A DNA stretch of 58,424 bases from Candidatus Nealsonbacteria bacterium. GTDB taxonomy: Bacteria; Patescibacteriota; Minisyncoccia; Minisyncoccales; JAGMDC01. Below, piece by piece: positions 23,428 through 31,457 of the stretch. The notes under the pieces were generated by a model, which was not told the DNA's origin, searched no databases, and worked only from the letters and a program-made list of their open reading frames with translations. Position 1 is the first letter of the stretch, and the number at the start of each line of letters is the position of its first letter. Both the position numbers and the translations under genes were made by a program. The stretch spans positions 1 through 58,424 of the forward strand of contig DAOWLG010000038.1 in the NCBI GenBank assembly GCA_030643485.1, read 5' to 3'.

Positions 23428-24780
23428 ATGACAAAAGAAGAATTATGGCAGGCAGTGCTTGCTCAAATTCAATTTAATATCTCCTCGGCAAATTTTGCTA
23501 CCTGGTTCAAAAACACTAAAATCTTAGTCAAAAAAGGGAAACAAATTATTATCTCTGTTCCTAACAATTTTTCTAAAGAATGGCTGGAAAATAAATACAA
23601 TAAAATTATCCTGAAAATTTTACGGGAGATGGACCAAGAGATAAAAGAAATCACATACGAAGTTTCCAAAACAGCGACAAAAACAAAAGAGCAAATTATG
23701 TCGCGCAACGGCTATCAAGATGACGGACAATTAGAATTCCCTGAATTTAAGGTTAATAAAATCACTAACCTTAACCCCCGCTATGCTTTTGAAAATTTCG
23801 TGGTTGGGGCTTACAACGAAGTCCCTCATGCGGCTATTTCCGCGGTTGTGAAAAACCCTGGTAAAATTTATAATCCGCTTTTTATTTATGGCGGAGTAGG
23901 ATTGGGAAAGACCCACTTAATCCAAGCCGCTGGCAATAAAATAGCTGAATCTTTTCCTAAAAAGAAAATCAGATATATTCCATCGGAAAAATTTATCTCC
24001 GGGGTGGTTAATTCTATTAGAAATCATAGTATTAGTAGTTTAAAATCAGACTATAAAAAAATTGATGTTTTAATTATGGACGATGTTCAATTTTTAGCAA
24101 GTAAAGAAAAAACTCAAGAAGAATTTTTCCATATCTTTAACACTTTATATGAAAAAAACAAACAGATAATTATTTCTTCAGACAGACCCCCAAGGGCGAT
24201 TTCTCCAATCGCAGAGCGGTTAAGGTCGCGGTTTGAAGGAGGGATGATAGCTGATATTGGCTTACCTGATATTGAAACAAGGATGGCAATCTTAAAAGTC
24301 AAATCACAGGAAAGAGGGGTGAATCTACCTGAAGAAACATCGGAATATATTGCTACTAATATCCAGAAAAATGTCCGCGAATTAGAAGGAGCAGTAAATC
24401 GTATCGCTGTTTATCAAAAATTAGATAACCAAAATTTTGACACTAACGCGATTAAATCAATACTTAAAAATATAATCACAAACCCTCAAAAACCGGTAAG
24501 TGTTAAAAAAATAATTCAAACCGTGGCAGAGTTTTACGATATAAAAGAAAAAGAAATTTTTGCTATTAGCCGAAGAAAAGAGATTGTAAAGCCCCGACAA
24601 ATTGCTATGTATCTTTTAAGAAATATATTAAGTTGTTCTTTCCCTTATATCGGAAGAAAATTTCAAGGAAAAGACCATACTACCACTATTTATGCTTTTG
24701 GGAAAATTTCTAAAGAACTGGAAAATAATGAGATATTAAATGAAGAAATAAATTTAATAAAACAAAGATTATGTAGTTAA
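23428..24780 (+). CDS. dnaA: Chromosomal replication initiator DnaA
   Basis: GGVGLGKTHL (Walker A), VLIMDDVQF (Walker B). C-terminal DNA-binding domain IAMYLLR...GRKFQGKDHTTTIYA. Confidence 0.97.
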   Translation: MTKEELWQAVLAQIQFNISSANFATWFKNTKILVKKGKQIIISVPNNFSKEWLENKYNKIILKILREMDQEIKEITYEVSKTATKTKEQIMSRNGYQDDGQLEFPEFKVNKITNLNPRYAFENFVVGAYNEVPHAAISAVVKNPGKIYNPLFIYGGVGLGKTHLIQAAGNKIAESFPKKKIRYIPSEKFISGVVNSIRNHSISSLKSDYKKIDVLIMDDVQFLASKEKTQEEFFHIFNTLYEKNKQIIISSDRPPRAISPIAERLRSRFEGGMIADIGLPDIETRMAILKVKSQERGVNLPEETSEYIATNIQKNVRELEGAVNRIAVYQKLDNQNFDTNAIKSILKNIITNPQKPVSVKKIIQTVAEFYDIKEKEIFAISRRKEIVKPRQIAMYLLRNILSCSFPYIGRKFQGKDHTTTIYAFGKISKELENNEILNEEINLIKQRLCS

Positions 24781-24797
24781 TAATAGATAGTAAATTC

Positions 24798-24874
24798 AGT
24801 GGATAATAAGTGGAAAAAATATAAAAATAAAAATCAAAGAAATAATTAGATATTTATCAACAATATTTTCCACA
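24798..24874. promoter_or_regulatory. DnaA-box cluster in the dnaA-dnaN spacer (oriC candidate)
   Basis: Reverse-strand TTATCCACT (24798-24806) and TTTTCCACT (24809-24817). Forward TTATCAACA (24854-24862) and TTTTCCACA (24866-24874). Very AT-rich surroundings. Confidence 0.5.
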
Positions 24875-24931
24875 TCTTATTATATCTTAATTTAATAATA
24901 AGACACAGGAAAAATTGTTTGCTTAATAATA

Positions 24932-26056
24932 ATGAAAATAATAATATTAAAAGATAATATTAAGAAAGGTTTAGAAATCATAGAAAAAATAACAGGAAAA
25001 AATTTAACCCTTCCTGTATTAAATAATGTTTTAATTTCAACAGAGAAAAATCTTTTAAGGTTATCTGGTACTGATTTAGAAATAGGAGTAAAATATTGGA
25101 CGCTATGTAAGACAGAAAAAGAAGGAGAAATAATAATTCCGGCTAAATTTGCGTCTAATTTTATTAATTCGTTACCACAAGAAAAAATATATTTGGAAGT
25201 AAAAAATAAAATTTTACATATTGAATGTAAAAATTATAAAGCAAAAATTAAAACCGAATCTACTCAGGATTTTCCTATAATTCCTAAAATAGAAACAGAG
25301 GATTTTATAAGTGTAAATAATTACCCTTTTTGTCAAGGACTTGAGCAGGTAGTAGAATTTACTACGCCAAATCAGGCAAGGCTGGAACTTTCAGGTGTAT
25401 ATTTTAATTTCCAAAAAAATAAATTAAAATTAGTTGCCACAGATAGTTTTCGCTTGGCTGAAAAAACACTTTATTTTGAAAAAGAATTAGATAAAGAATA
25501 TTCTTTTATTATTCCTCAAAGAACAGTTCAAATGATAATTAATATTTTCTCAGAAAAAGAAGGAAAAATAAGAATTTATCCCTCATCTAATCAGGTTCAA
25601 TTTGAGACATTTTTCCCGGAAATTTCCCATCCCGAAGTTCAGGTTATTTCCCGTTTAATTGAAGGCGAATACCCGAATTATCAGGAAATTATTCCTGAAA
25701 ACTATGAAACCCAAGTTTTATTATCAAAGGATAAATTTTTGAATCAAATTAAAACCGCTTCCCTTTTTAGTGAGAAAAGTAATGAAGTAAAAATAAAAGT
25801 TGTTCCTAAAGAACAAAAAATAGAAATTTTTTCTCAAAGTCCGGAATTAGGCGAAAATTATTCTGATTTAGAAGGAAAAATAACCGGAAAAGAAGTGAGT
25901 GTATCTTTTAATTGGAAATATCTATTAGAAGGGCTTTCTCGCTTGAAAAGTTCTGAAATAATAATTGGGTTAAACGGAGAAGAAGGTCCTGTAGTATTAA
26001 AGCCAAAAGGTGATGATACATATTTCTATATTGTAATGCCAATTAAGGGAAATTAA
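24932..26056 (+). CDS. dnaN: DNA polymerase III beta sliding clamp
   Basis: 374 aa directly after dnaA. Contains LSGTDLEIG, VATDSFRLAEK, a C-terminal MPIK, and three-domain length. Confidence 0.95.
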   Translation: MKIIILKDNIKKGLEIIEKITGKNLTLPVLNNVLISTEKNLLRLSGTDLEIGVKYWTLCKTEKEGEIIIPAKFASNFINSLPQEKIYLEVKNKILHIECKNYKAKIKTESTQDFPIIPKIETEDFISVNNYPFCQGLEQVVEFTTPNQARLELSGVYFNFQKNKLKLVATDSFRLAEKTLYFEKELDKEYSFIIPQRTVQMIINIFSEKEGKIRIYPSSNQVQFETFFPEISHPEVQVISRLIEGEYPNYQEIIPENYETQVLLSKDKFLNQIKTASLFSEKSNEVKIKVVPKEQKIEIFSQSPELGENYSDLEGKITGKEVSVSFNWKYLLEGLSRLKSSEIIIGLNGEEGPVVLKPKGDDTYFYIVMPIKGN

Positions 26057-27975
26057 AAATTAATTTTCAACAGCGCTTTTGACATAAATTCCTTCCAGAT
26101 TGGGCCCGCGATCATTACTGATGGTTTTTTCTTCATTGGATAATTATTATTATTTCCTGCCCAAACACCGCAAACAAGAGAAGGAGTATAACCTACTGCC
26201 CAAGCGTCTTTATATTCCTGAGTAGTGCCGGTTTTCGCGGCAACCTTATATCCTTTTATATGCAGAGACGAATTAAACCCAAACATAGGCGCTCTGGCTT
26301 CATTATCTGATAATATGTCATTCAAAAGTTGTGTTTCTTTTATCCCTAATACCCTTTTGGGTGTTTTTTTATTTTCTTCAATAATATTCCCTTGATTATC
26401 GGTGATTTTAAGAATACTTACAGGAGGAACCTTTAAGCCCTGTGCGGCGAAAACGCCGTAAGCCGAGGTAATATCCAATAATTTTACTTCCCAGCCACCT
26501 AATACAATAGAAGGTCCATAAGGCGGTGATAAGGTAGTAATACCTAAATTTTTTGCTGTTTGTGCGCTATCTTCTAAACCGGCTAAATATAATAAAACCT
26601 TTACAGAAGCAACATTTATTGATTGAGCCAAGGCACTTCTTAAAGAAATAGGTCCTCTAAATAGCCCGTCGTAATTTTTAGGGGTATACTCTTTATTCCC
26701 CCAGACCCCAAAATTTGTTTCTTCATCCACGACTATTGTTTTATCGTTATATCCTTTCTTAAAAGCGGTTACATAAGCAAATGGTTTGAACGCGGAACCC
26801 GGCTGTCTGCCAATCCCGTAGATTGCCACATTAACTTTTGGTTCAAATAAACAATTTTTTCCGTTCGTGCATCCTTTTGGAAACGACTCGCCAAAATAAT
26901 CCTTGGACCCGACCATTGCCAATATCTCGCCGGTTTTTGGTTGGATAGCCACTAACGACGCATTATACGCTTTATATTTTATATTTGTTTCAGAACCTTT
27001 TTCAACTGCTTCTTTTGCTATTTGCTGGAGTTCCCAATCCAAAGAAGTCCAAACCTTTAACCCTTTTTCTTTTAAGAAATTCTCGCCGTATTTTGTTTCT
27101 AAATATTGTTTAACGTAAAGAGTAAAATGAGGCGCTTTTATTTCCACTAAATTCGGGGCAAAAATGATTTCCTGTTGTTTTAATTCTTCTGCCTGTTCTT
27201 TTGATATGTATCTCTGTTTTGCCATTCTGTTTAGAATATTATTTTTGTGGCTTATTAGTTTCTCTTTGTGCTTACCATAAGGAGAAAGATAACTCGGCGC
27301 CTGGATTAGAGAAGCCAGTATAGCCGCTTCTGGCAGGGAAATTTCTGAAACAGATTTCTTAAAATAGGTTTGGGTTGCGGCTTCCACCCCATAAGCGTTA
27401 CTGCCAAACGGGACTTGATTCACATACCATTCCAAGATTTGGTCTTTTGAATATCTTCTTTCCAATTCTATTGTTAAAATAATTTCCCTTATTTTTCTCT
27501 CAATGGTTTTTTTTCTGGTTAAGAAAGTTGACCTGATAAGTTGTTGAGTGATAGTGGACCCGCCCTGTTTTGGTTTTCTTAATTTCAAGTCAACCATTAT
27601 AGCGCGCATTGTCCCCTTAAAATCAATTCCAGGATGTTTGTAAAAATTTTTATCTTCCGCAACAATGATTGCCTGCTTCAGATGTTCCGGAACCGCGCTT
27701 AAAGGAATCAAGGTTCTTTTTTCTTCCCCGTATATTTTATACAAAAGAACCTCACCGGTTCTGTCATAAATTTTTGTTGATTGGGTAAATTGTTTTTCAG
27801 TGAATTTTTCTGGCCGTGGTAGGTCTTTGGCGTAATAGATAAACAAACCAAGGATAATAAACCCAAGCAATAAAATACACATTCCCGTGATTTTCCAAAA
27901 CCCCTTTACTAACCCAATCCCTGCACGCAGGAGCGGGGCGGTAAGGGGTTGTCTATAAAGTTTTCTGCGAGCCAT
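26053..27975 (-). CDS. Bifunctional penicillin-binding protein 1A (GT51 transglycosylase plus transpeptidase)
   Basis: EDKNFYKHPGID, GGSTITQQL, RKIREI (GT51). GSAFKPF (SxxK) and KTGTT (transpeptidase). N-terminal TM anchor. Confidence 0.93.
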   Translation of the reverse strand: MARRKLYRQPLTAPLLRAGIGLVKGFWKITGMCILLLGFIILGLFIYYAKDLPRPEKFTEKQFTQSTKIYDRTGEVLLYKIYGEEKRTLIPLSAVPEHLKQAIIVAEDKNFYKHPGIDFKGTMRAIMVDLKLRKPKQGGSTITQQLIRSTFLTRKKTIERKIREIILTIELERRYSKDQILEWYVNQVPFGSNAYGVEAATQTYFKKSVSEISLPEAAILASLIQAPSYLSPYGKHKEKLISHKNNILNRMAKQRYISKEQAEELKQQEIIFAPNLVEIKAPHFTLYVKQYLETKYGENFLKEKGLKVWTSLDWELQQIAKEAVEKGSETNIKYKAYNASLVAIQPKTGEILAMVGSKDYFGESFPKGCTNGKNCLFEPKVNVAIYGIGRQPGSAFKPFAYVTAFKKGYNDKTIVVDEETNFGVWGNKEYTPKNYDGLFRGPISLRSALAQSINVASVKVLLYLAGLEDSAQTAKNLGITTLSPPYGPSIVLGGWEVKLLDITSAYGVFAAQGLKVPPVSILKITDNQGNIIEENKKTPKRVLGIKETQLLNDILSDNEARAPMFGFNSSLHIKGYKVAAKTGTTQEYKDAWAVGYTPSLVCGVWAGNNNNYPMKKKPSVMIAGPIWKEFMSKALLKINF

Positions 27976-28022
27976 AAATCAATTATAGGTTATCAACGAT
28001 AACTTATCAATGATTAGTAATC

Positions 28023-28046
28023 AAAAACCCCCGTTCGGGGGTTTTT
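28023..28046. terminator. Bidirectional hairpin terminator
   Basis: AAAAA-CCCCC-GTTC-GGGGG-TTTTT. Confidence 0.65.
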
Positions 28047-28055
28047 GAGGTGAGT

Positions 28056-28208
28056 CTACAGTCCTGGAGTTTCTGATGGTGCCGCGGCTGGGGTTTCTTC
28101 TTCGTTATTTTCTTCTTCTTTATTCTCTTCTTCTTTAACTTCTCCTCCATCACCTTCGTTATCTCCTATGTCGTTGACAATAGGACTAATAATTTTTTCG
28201 TAAATCAT
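28056..28208 (-). CDS. Candidate 50-aa highly acidic small protein
   Basis: ATG at 28208, TAG at 28056-28058. Product MIYEKIISPIVNDIGDNEGDGGEVKEEENKEEENNEEETPAAAPSETPGL. A terminator follows directly. Below the ORF-track cut-off. Confidence 0.35.
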   Translation of the reverse strand: MIYEKIISPIVNDIGDNEGDGGEVKEEENKEEENNEEETPAAAPSETPGL

Positions 28209-28261
28209 AATTTTTAATTTTTTTACATCTATTCAATTGTTTTCGACCTTTTCCCACACCT

Positions 28262-28342
28262 ATTGTGGATATGCGAATTTGTGAAACAAATTCGCCTTGT
28301 CGCCTTTGGCGACTAATCCACAATAGGTGTGGGATTTCCGTC
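28262..28342. repeat. CCCACACCTA three-way-junction element, copy B
   Basis: P1 CCCACACCTATTGTGGAT/ATCCACAATAGGTGTGGG. P2 GCGAATTTGT-GAA-ACAAATTCGC. P3 GTCGCC-TTT-GGCGAC. Confidence 0.85.
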
Positions 28343-28394
28343 CGATACAATCCCTATTATATTTTTCCAAACAGATTTGTCAACCCCATTGGCA

Positions 28395-28423
28395 CCTAAT
28401 TTTGGTTTTAGACCAAAATTAGG
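28395..28423. repeat. 12-bp-arm palindrome
   Basis: CCTAATTTTGGT-TTTAG-ACCAAAATTAGG. Confidence 0.8.
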
Positions 28424-28451
28424 AATTTCTAATTTCTAATTTCTAATTTCT
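28424..28451. repeat. Tandem heptamer AATTTCT x4
   Basis: AATTTCTAATTTCTAATTTCTAATTTCT. Confidence 0.85.
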
Positions 28452-28480
28452 ATTAAATTTTTAATTCTTTAATTTCTAAA

Positions 28481-28531
28481 CATTGAAAATTGAATCATTG
28501 AAAATTTAATGAAAATTGAAAATTGAAAATT
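28481..28531. repeat. Partial copy (right arm only) of the AT-rich GAAAATTGAAAAT element
   Basis: CATTGAAAATTGAATCATTGAAAATTTAATGAAAATTGAAAATTGAAAATT. Confidence 0.75.
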
Positions 28532-28570
28532 CCCATTTGAATTTGGCAATTGTTGCCAAATTCAAATGGG
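28532..28570. repeat. Perfect 18-bp-arm palindrome abutting the pilin promoter
   Basis: CCCATTTGAATTTGGCAA-TTG-TTGCCAAATTCAAATGGG. Confidence 0.85.
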
Positions 28571-28574
28571 GAAG

Positions 28575-28611
28575 TTATCCACAGGTTGACATTTCTAAAA
28601 TGTGCTATAAT
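28575..28611 (+). promoter_or_regulatory. Consensus DnaA box fused to a promoter upstream of the pilin leader
   Basis: TTATCCACA (28575-28583), TTGACA (28586-28591), TGC-TATAAT (-10 at 28606-28611; the spacer is only about 14 nt by my count). The block ATTTCTAAAATGTGCTATAATGAAAATGT is repeated at 57721-57749. Confidence 0.4.
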
Positions 28612-28634
28612 GAAAATGTAAAAAAAATATAAAA

Positions 28635-28706
28635 CCCCACACCTAATAAGGACAAGGTGCCGAAGGCGATAAGCGCGAATTTAGTATATCCTGAAAAAGT
28701 AGGGGG
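28635..28706. repeat. CCCCACACCTA element, degenerate copy D
   Basis: The 5' arm CCCCACACCTAATAAGGAC is intact. The 3' arm is decayed (TATCCTGAAAAAGTAGGGGG). Confidence 0.6.
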
Positions 28707-28709
28707 AAA

Positions 28710-28801
28710 CCCCACACCTATTCAGGATATGCGAATTTGTTTCACAAATTCGCTGTTCATCAAGCCTTTATGGCTTGATGGAATCCTGAATAGGTGTGGG
28801 G
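28710..28801. repeat. CCCCACACCTA three-way-junction element, copy C
   Basis: P1 CCCCACACCTATTCAGGAT/ATCCTGAATAGGTGTGGGG. P2 GCGAATTTGT-TTC-ACAAATTCGC. P3 is replaced by CATCAAGCC-TTTAT-GGCTTGATG. Confidence 0.85.
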
Positions 28802-28847
28802 AAAGGTCGGCGATTAGATTACAATTTTATCTAACATCTAATTAAAT

Positions 28848-29288
28848 ATGTTACAATTATTTACTAAAAAACATAAAGGTTTCACATTGATTGAATTACT
28901 GGTAGTTATTTCCATTATCGGCATCCTATCCTCCATTGTCGTAGTTTCAATGGGTTCAGCAAAGGGAAAAGCGAGAGACGCGAGAAGGCAATCTGATATG
29001 AGACAGATAGGCACTGCTTGCGAGTTGTTTTATACCGACGGCAGCGTATATCCGACATCCGAAACTTATGGCGGACTGTCCATCGGCGATTATATGAGCT
29101 CGCTTCCTGTCCCTCAATCAGGCGATACTTATACATGGGAAGACAACCTTACACCTTCGGTTCCTCAAAAATTTTGTATTTGGGTTTTAGCAGAAGACGA
29201 TACAACTTATTTCGCGTCTTCGCATAAAGGAAGTAGAATGGATTTGATTGTCAGTCCTGCTACAAAAGGCACTGATTGCTGGGATTAA
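28848..29288 (+). CDS. Type IV pilin (PilA-like major pilin candidate)
   Basis: Leader MLQLFTKKHKG|FTLIELLVVISIIGIL, with the conserved E+5. C-terminal Cys pair. Confidence 0.85.
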   Translation: MLQLFTKKHKGFTLIELLVVISIIGILSSIVVVSMGSAKGKARDARRQSDMRQIGTACELFYTDGSVYPTSETYGGLSIGDYMSSLPVPQSGDTYTWEDNLTPSVPQKFCIWVLAEDDTTYFASSHKGSRMDLIVSPATKGTDCWD

Positions 29289-29322
29289 GAAAAATCAAGG
29301 AAATCGTAATAATCATTTCCCA

Positions 29323-29350
29323 AATCCCCGTTGTTTAGGCGGGGATTTTG
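29323..29350 (+). terminator. Intrinsic terminator after the pilin gene
   Basis: AATCCCCG (29323-29330), loop, CGGGGATT (29340-29347), TT. Confidence 0.6.
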
Positions 29351-29361
29351 ATTGGGGGTTG

Positions 29362-29433
29362 CCCCACACCTAATAAGGACTGACTTCGTCAATTTTAGAC
29401 GCCTTCGGCGTCTTGTCCTTATTAGGTGTGGGG
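29362..29433. repeat. CCCCACACCTA element, variant copy E
   Basis: P1 CCCCACACCTAATAAGGAC/GTCCTTATTAGGTGTGGGG encloses the hairpin AGACGCC-TTC-GGCGTCT. Confidence 0.85.
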
Positions 29434-29470
29434 TTGAGTTTTTGGGGGAATTAGTTTATTATGAGATATA

Positions 29471-30319
29471 ATGGATTTATTTTTTTATTTTTTTATATTT
29501 TTATTTGGATTGTGTATTGGCAGTTTTTTGAATTGCGTAATTTATTTGCTTGAAAGTAAAGAGAGACCTGTTCGCGGCCAAACGCGGCGAACAGGCATCC
29601 TGGGACGTTCCTTTTGCCCTAATTGCGGCCATATTTTATCCTGGAAAGATTTAATTCCTGTCTTAAGTTTTTTAATTTTGAAAGCAAAGTGCCGCTATTG
29701 CCAGAAACCTATTTCTTTACAATATCCAATAGTAGAAATAGCAACAGGGTTGCTGTTTCTACTAATTTTCAATTTTCAATTTTCAATTTTCAATCAATTT
29801 TCAATTTTCAATTTTCAAAGCATCATAGCCTTCTTTTTTCTGCTATTGATTACTTGTTTCCTGATAATTATCTTTGTTTATGATTTCAAACATTATATTA
29901 TTCCCGACAAGGTGATTTATCCTGCAATAGTTATCACCTTTTTTTATCATCTAACCAGCCATTGGGATTTGGGACTTGGCTGGCCATTAGTTATTGGGAT
30001 TTGGGACTTCATATCGCCTGCGCTTCTCGCTTCAGGATTTTTTTTGTCTATTGTCCTTATCTCACGCGGAAAATGGATGGGCTTGGGCGATGTAGGGCTT
30101 GCTTTTTTAATGGGTCTTTTACTTGGATTTCCTAATATCTTAGTAGCACTCTTCCTTGCGTTCTCAATTGGTGCTATAATAGGAACAGGGCTGATAATTA
30201 AACACAAGAAGACCCTGAAAAGCGAAGTGCCGTTTGGGCCATTTTTAGTAATCGGCACGTTTATTGCAATGTTCTGGGGAGAAAAAATTGTAAATTGGTA
30301 TCTAAATTTTGCCATATAA
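29471..30319 (+). CDS. pilD: Prepilin peptidase (A24 family, PilD-like)
   Basis: CPNCGH...CRYCQ cysteine pairs, LQYPIVEIATGLLF, multiple TM segments, WMGLGDVGL and VPFGPFLV catalytic-Asp contexts. Confidence 0.9.
   Translation: MDLFFYFFIFLFGLCIGSFLNCVIYLLESKERPVRGQTRRTGILGRSFCPNCGHILSWKDLIPVLSFLILKAKCRYCQKPISLQYPIVEIATGLLFLLIFNFQFSIFNQFSIFNFQSIIAFFFLLLITCFLIIIFVYDFKHYIIPDKVIYPAIVITFFYHLTSHWDLGLGWPLVIGIWDFISPALLASGFFLSIVLISRGKWMGLGDVGLAFLMGLLLGFPNILVALFLAFSIGAIIGTGLIIKHKKTLKSEVPFGPFLVIGTFIAMFWGEKIVNWYLNFAI
29567..29595. repeat. Palindrome inside the pilD coding sequence
   Basis: CCTGTTCGC (29567-29575) ... GCGAACAGG (29587-29595), encoding RPVRGQTRRTG. The arm sequence is related to the GACCCGTTCTCG palindrome in and after tatD. 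Confidence 0.75.
29765..29818. repeat. ATTTTCAA octamer tandem tract inside the pilD coding sequence
   Basis: 54 nt of (ATTTTCAA)n, in frame, encoding IFNFQFSIFNQFSIFNFQ. Same sequence family as the intergenic GAAAATTGAAAAT elements. Confidence 0.85.
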
Positions 30320-30322
30320 AAA

Positions 30323-30871
30323 ATGTTAAAATATAAGGGATTTACTTTAATTGAGATTTTAGTAGTTATGGGCATTATTGTTTTTTTCACAGGTTTAGTT
30401 TTGGTAAATTACAAAACAGGCGGAAATAAGTTTGCATTGCAGAGGTCTGTTAATAAATTAGCGCAGGACATAAGAAGAGCGGAACAGATGGCGATGTCAA
30501 TGAAAAAATTTTCTTGTTCATCAGGAGAATTAAGAGGATATGGAATAAAATTTGATAAAACTTTGACTACTTATAACTATAAAATTTGGGCAAAATGTAA
30601 TTCTAGTAATGAAGAAACAACGATTGATGGAGCAATAGAAAAAGGAGTAAGTATAAGCGAGTTAAATTCAAAAAAAAGCGGAAGTCCGGATGCCTTCTAT
30701 GATATTTTTTTTGTATTTTTTTATCCGCCTGATCCTAATGTAGATTTTGAAGACATAGATGGTAATAATATTGACGCAGATATTGTAGAAATAATTTTAG
30801 AAGTAAAAGATAGTTCTTTTCCTTCTATGTCTATAACCATTAATAAAGCCGGGCTAGTGGAGATAGAATAA
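30323..30871 (+). CDS. Minor pilin/pseudopilin (GspH/FimT-like)
   Basis: MLKYKG|FTLIEILVVMGIIVFF prepilin motif. Confidence 0.8.
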   Translation: MLKYKGFTLIEILVVMGIIVFFTGLVLVNYKTGGNKFALQRSVNKLAQDIRRAEQMAMSMKKFSCSSGELRGYGIKFDKTLTTYNYKIWAKCNSSNEETTIDGAIEKGVSISELNSKKSGSPDAFYDIFFVFFYPPDPNVDFEDIDGNNIDADIVEIILEVKDSSFPSMSITINKAGLVEIE

Positions 30872-30879
30872 AATTTTCA

Positions 30880-31434
30880 ATGAAAATTAAAAAAATAAAA
30901 AAATCTAATAATATCGGTTTTACCTTACTTGAAGTGATGATTGCTATTTTTTTTCTCACTGTTGGTATAGGGGGTGCTTTTACGGTTATTCAAAGGACAG
31001 TTGGCTTGTCTTATATTAACGCTTCGCGATTAGTTGCTGCAAATTTGGCGCAGGAAGGGATTGAAATCGTGAGAAATATCAGGGATACTAATTGGATAGA
31101 GGGAGAGGATTGGGACAAAGGAATTGGTATTCAATATACAGGTACTCCATTAGATTCAGTATATTATGAAGTGCAATACAATGATAAAGAAGCGGACATA
31201 GTCGTTTGCGTAACGCCTTGCGACTATAACGATATGAGATTTTTGAATATTGACGAAGATAGTTTTTATAGTTACAAGGATTCAGGAATATATACCACAA
31301 CAAAATTCAAGAGAAAAATCGCTATTTCAGATAAAGATAGCGACAAATTAAAAGTAACAGTAATAGTAGAATGGCAAGAGCGTGGAACAACTCATAATTT
31401 TACGGCTCAAGAATATTTGTATAATTGGAAATGA
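30880..31434 (+). CDS. Minor pilin/pseudopilin (PilV/GspI-like)
   Basis: ...SNNIG|FTLLEVMIAIFFLTVGIGG prepilin motif. Confidence 0.8.
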   Translation: MKIKKIKKSNNIGFTLLEVMIAIFFLTVGIGGAFTVIQRTVGLSYINASRLVAANLAQEGIEIVRNIRDTNWIEGEDWDKGIGIQYTGTPLDSVYYEVQYNDKEADIVVCVTPCDYNDMRFLNIDEDSFYSYKDSGIYTTTKFKRKIAISDKDSDKLKVTVIVEWQERGTTHNFTAQEYLYNWK

Positions 31435-31457
31435 GCAAAAAGGAATGTGTTATCTAA
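31431..31457 (+). other. Orphan 8-codon ORF (MSKKECVI) that looks like a severed prepilin leader
   Basis: The ATG overlaps the preceding TGA (ATGA coupling). MSKK is a typical prepilin leader, but the reading frame then runs into the rnpA start region and stops. Confidence 0.5.

Noticed and set aside
29623-29883. ORFs 29623-29883(+) and 29947-30390(-) within pilD, and similar internal or antisense ORFs (e.g. 6300-6524, 16395-16971, 17956-18637, 21335-22493, 26903-27118, 38245-41143, 43136-44455)
   Set aside because: They are alternative-frame or antisense ORFs inside well-supported genes. They are expected by chance in AT-rich DNA and have no motifs.
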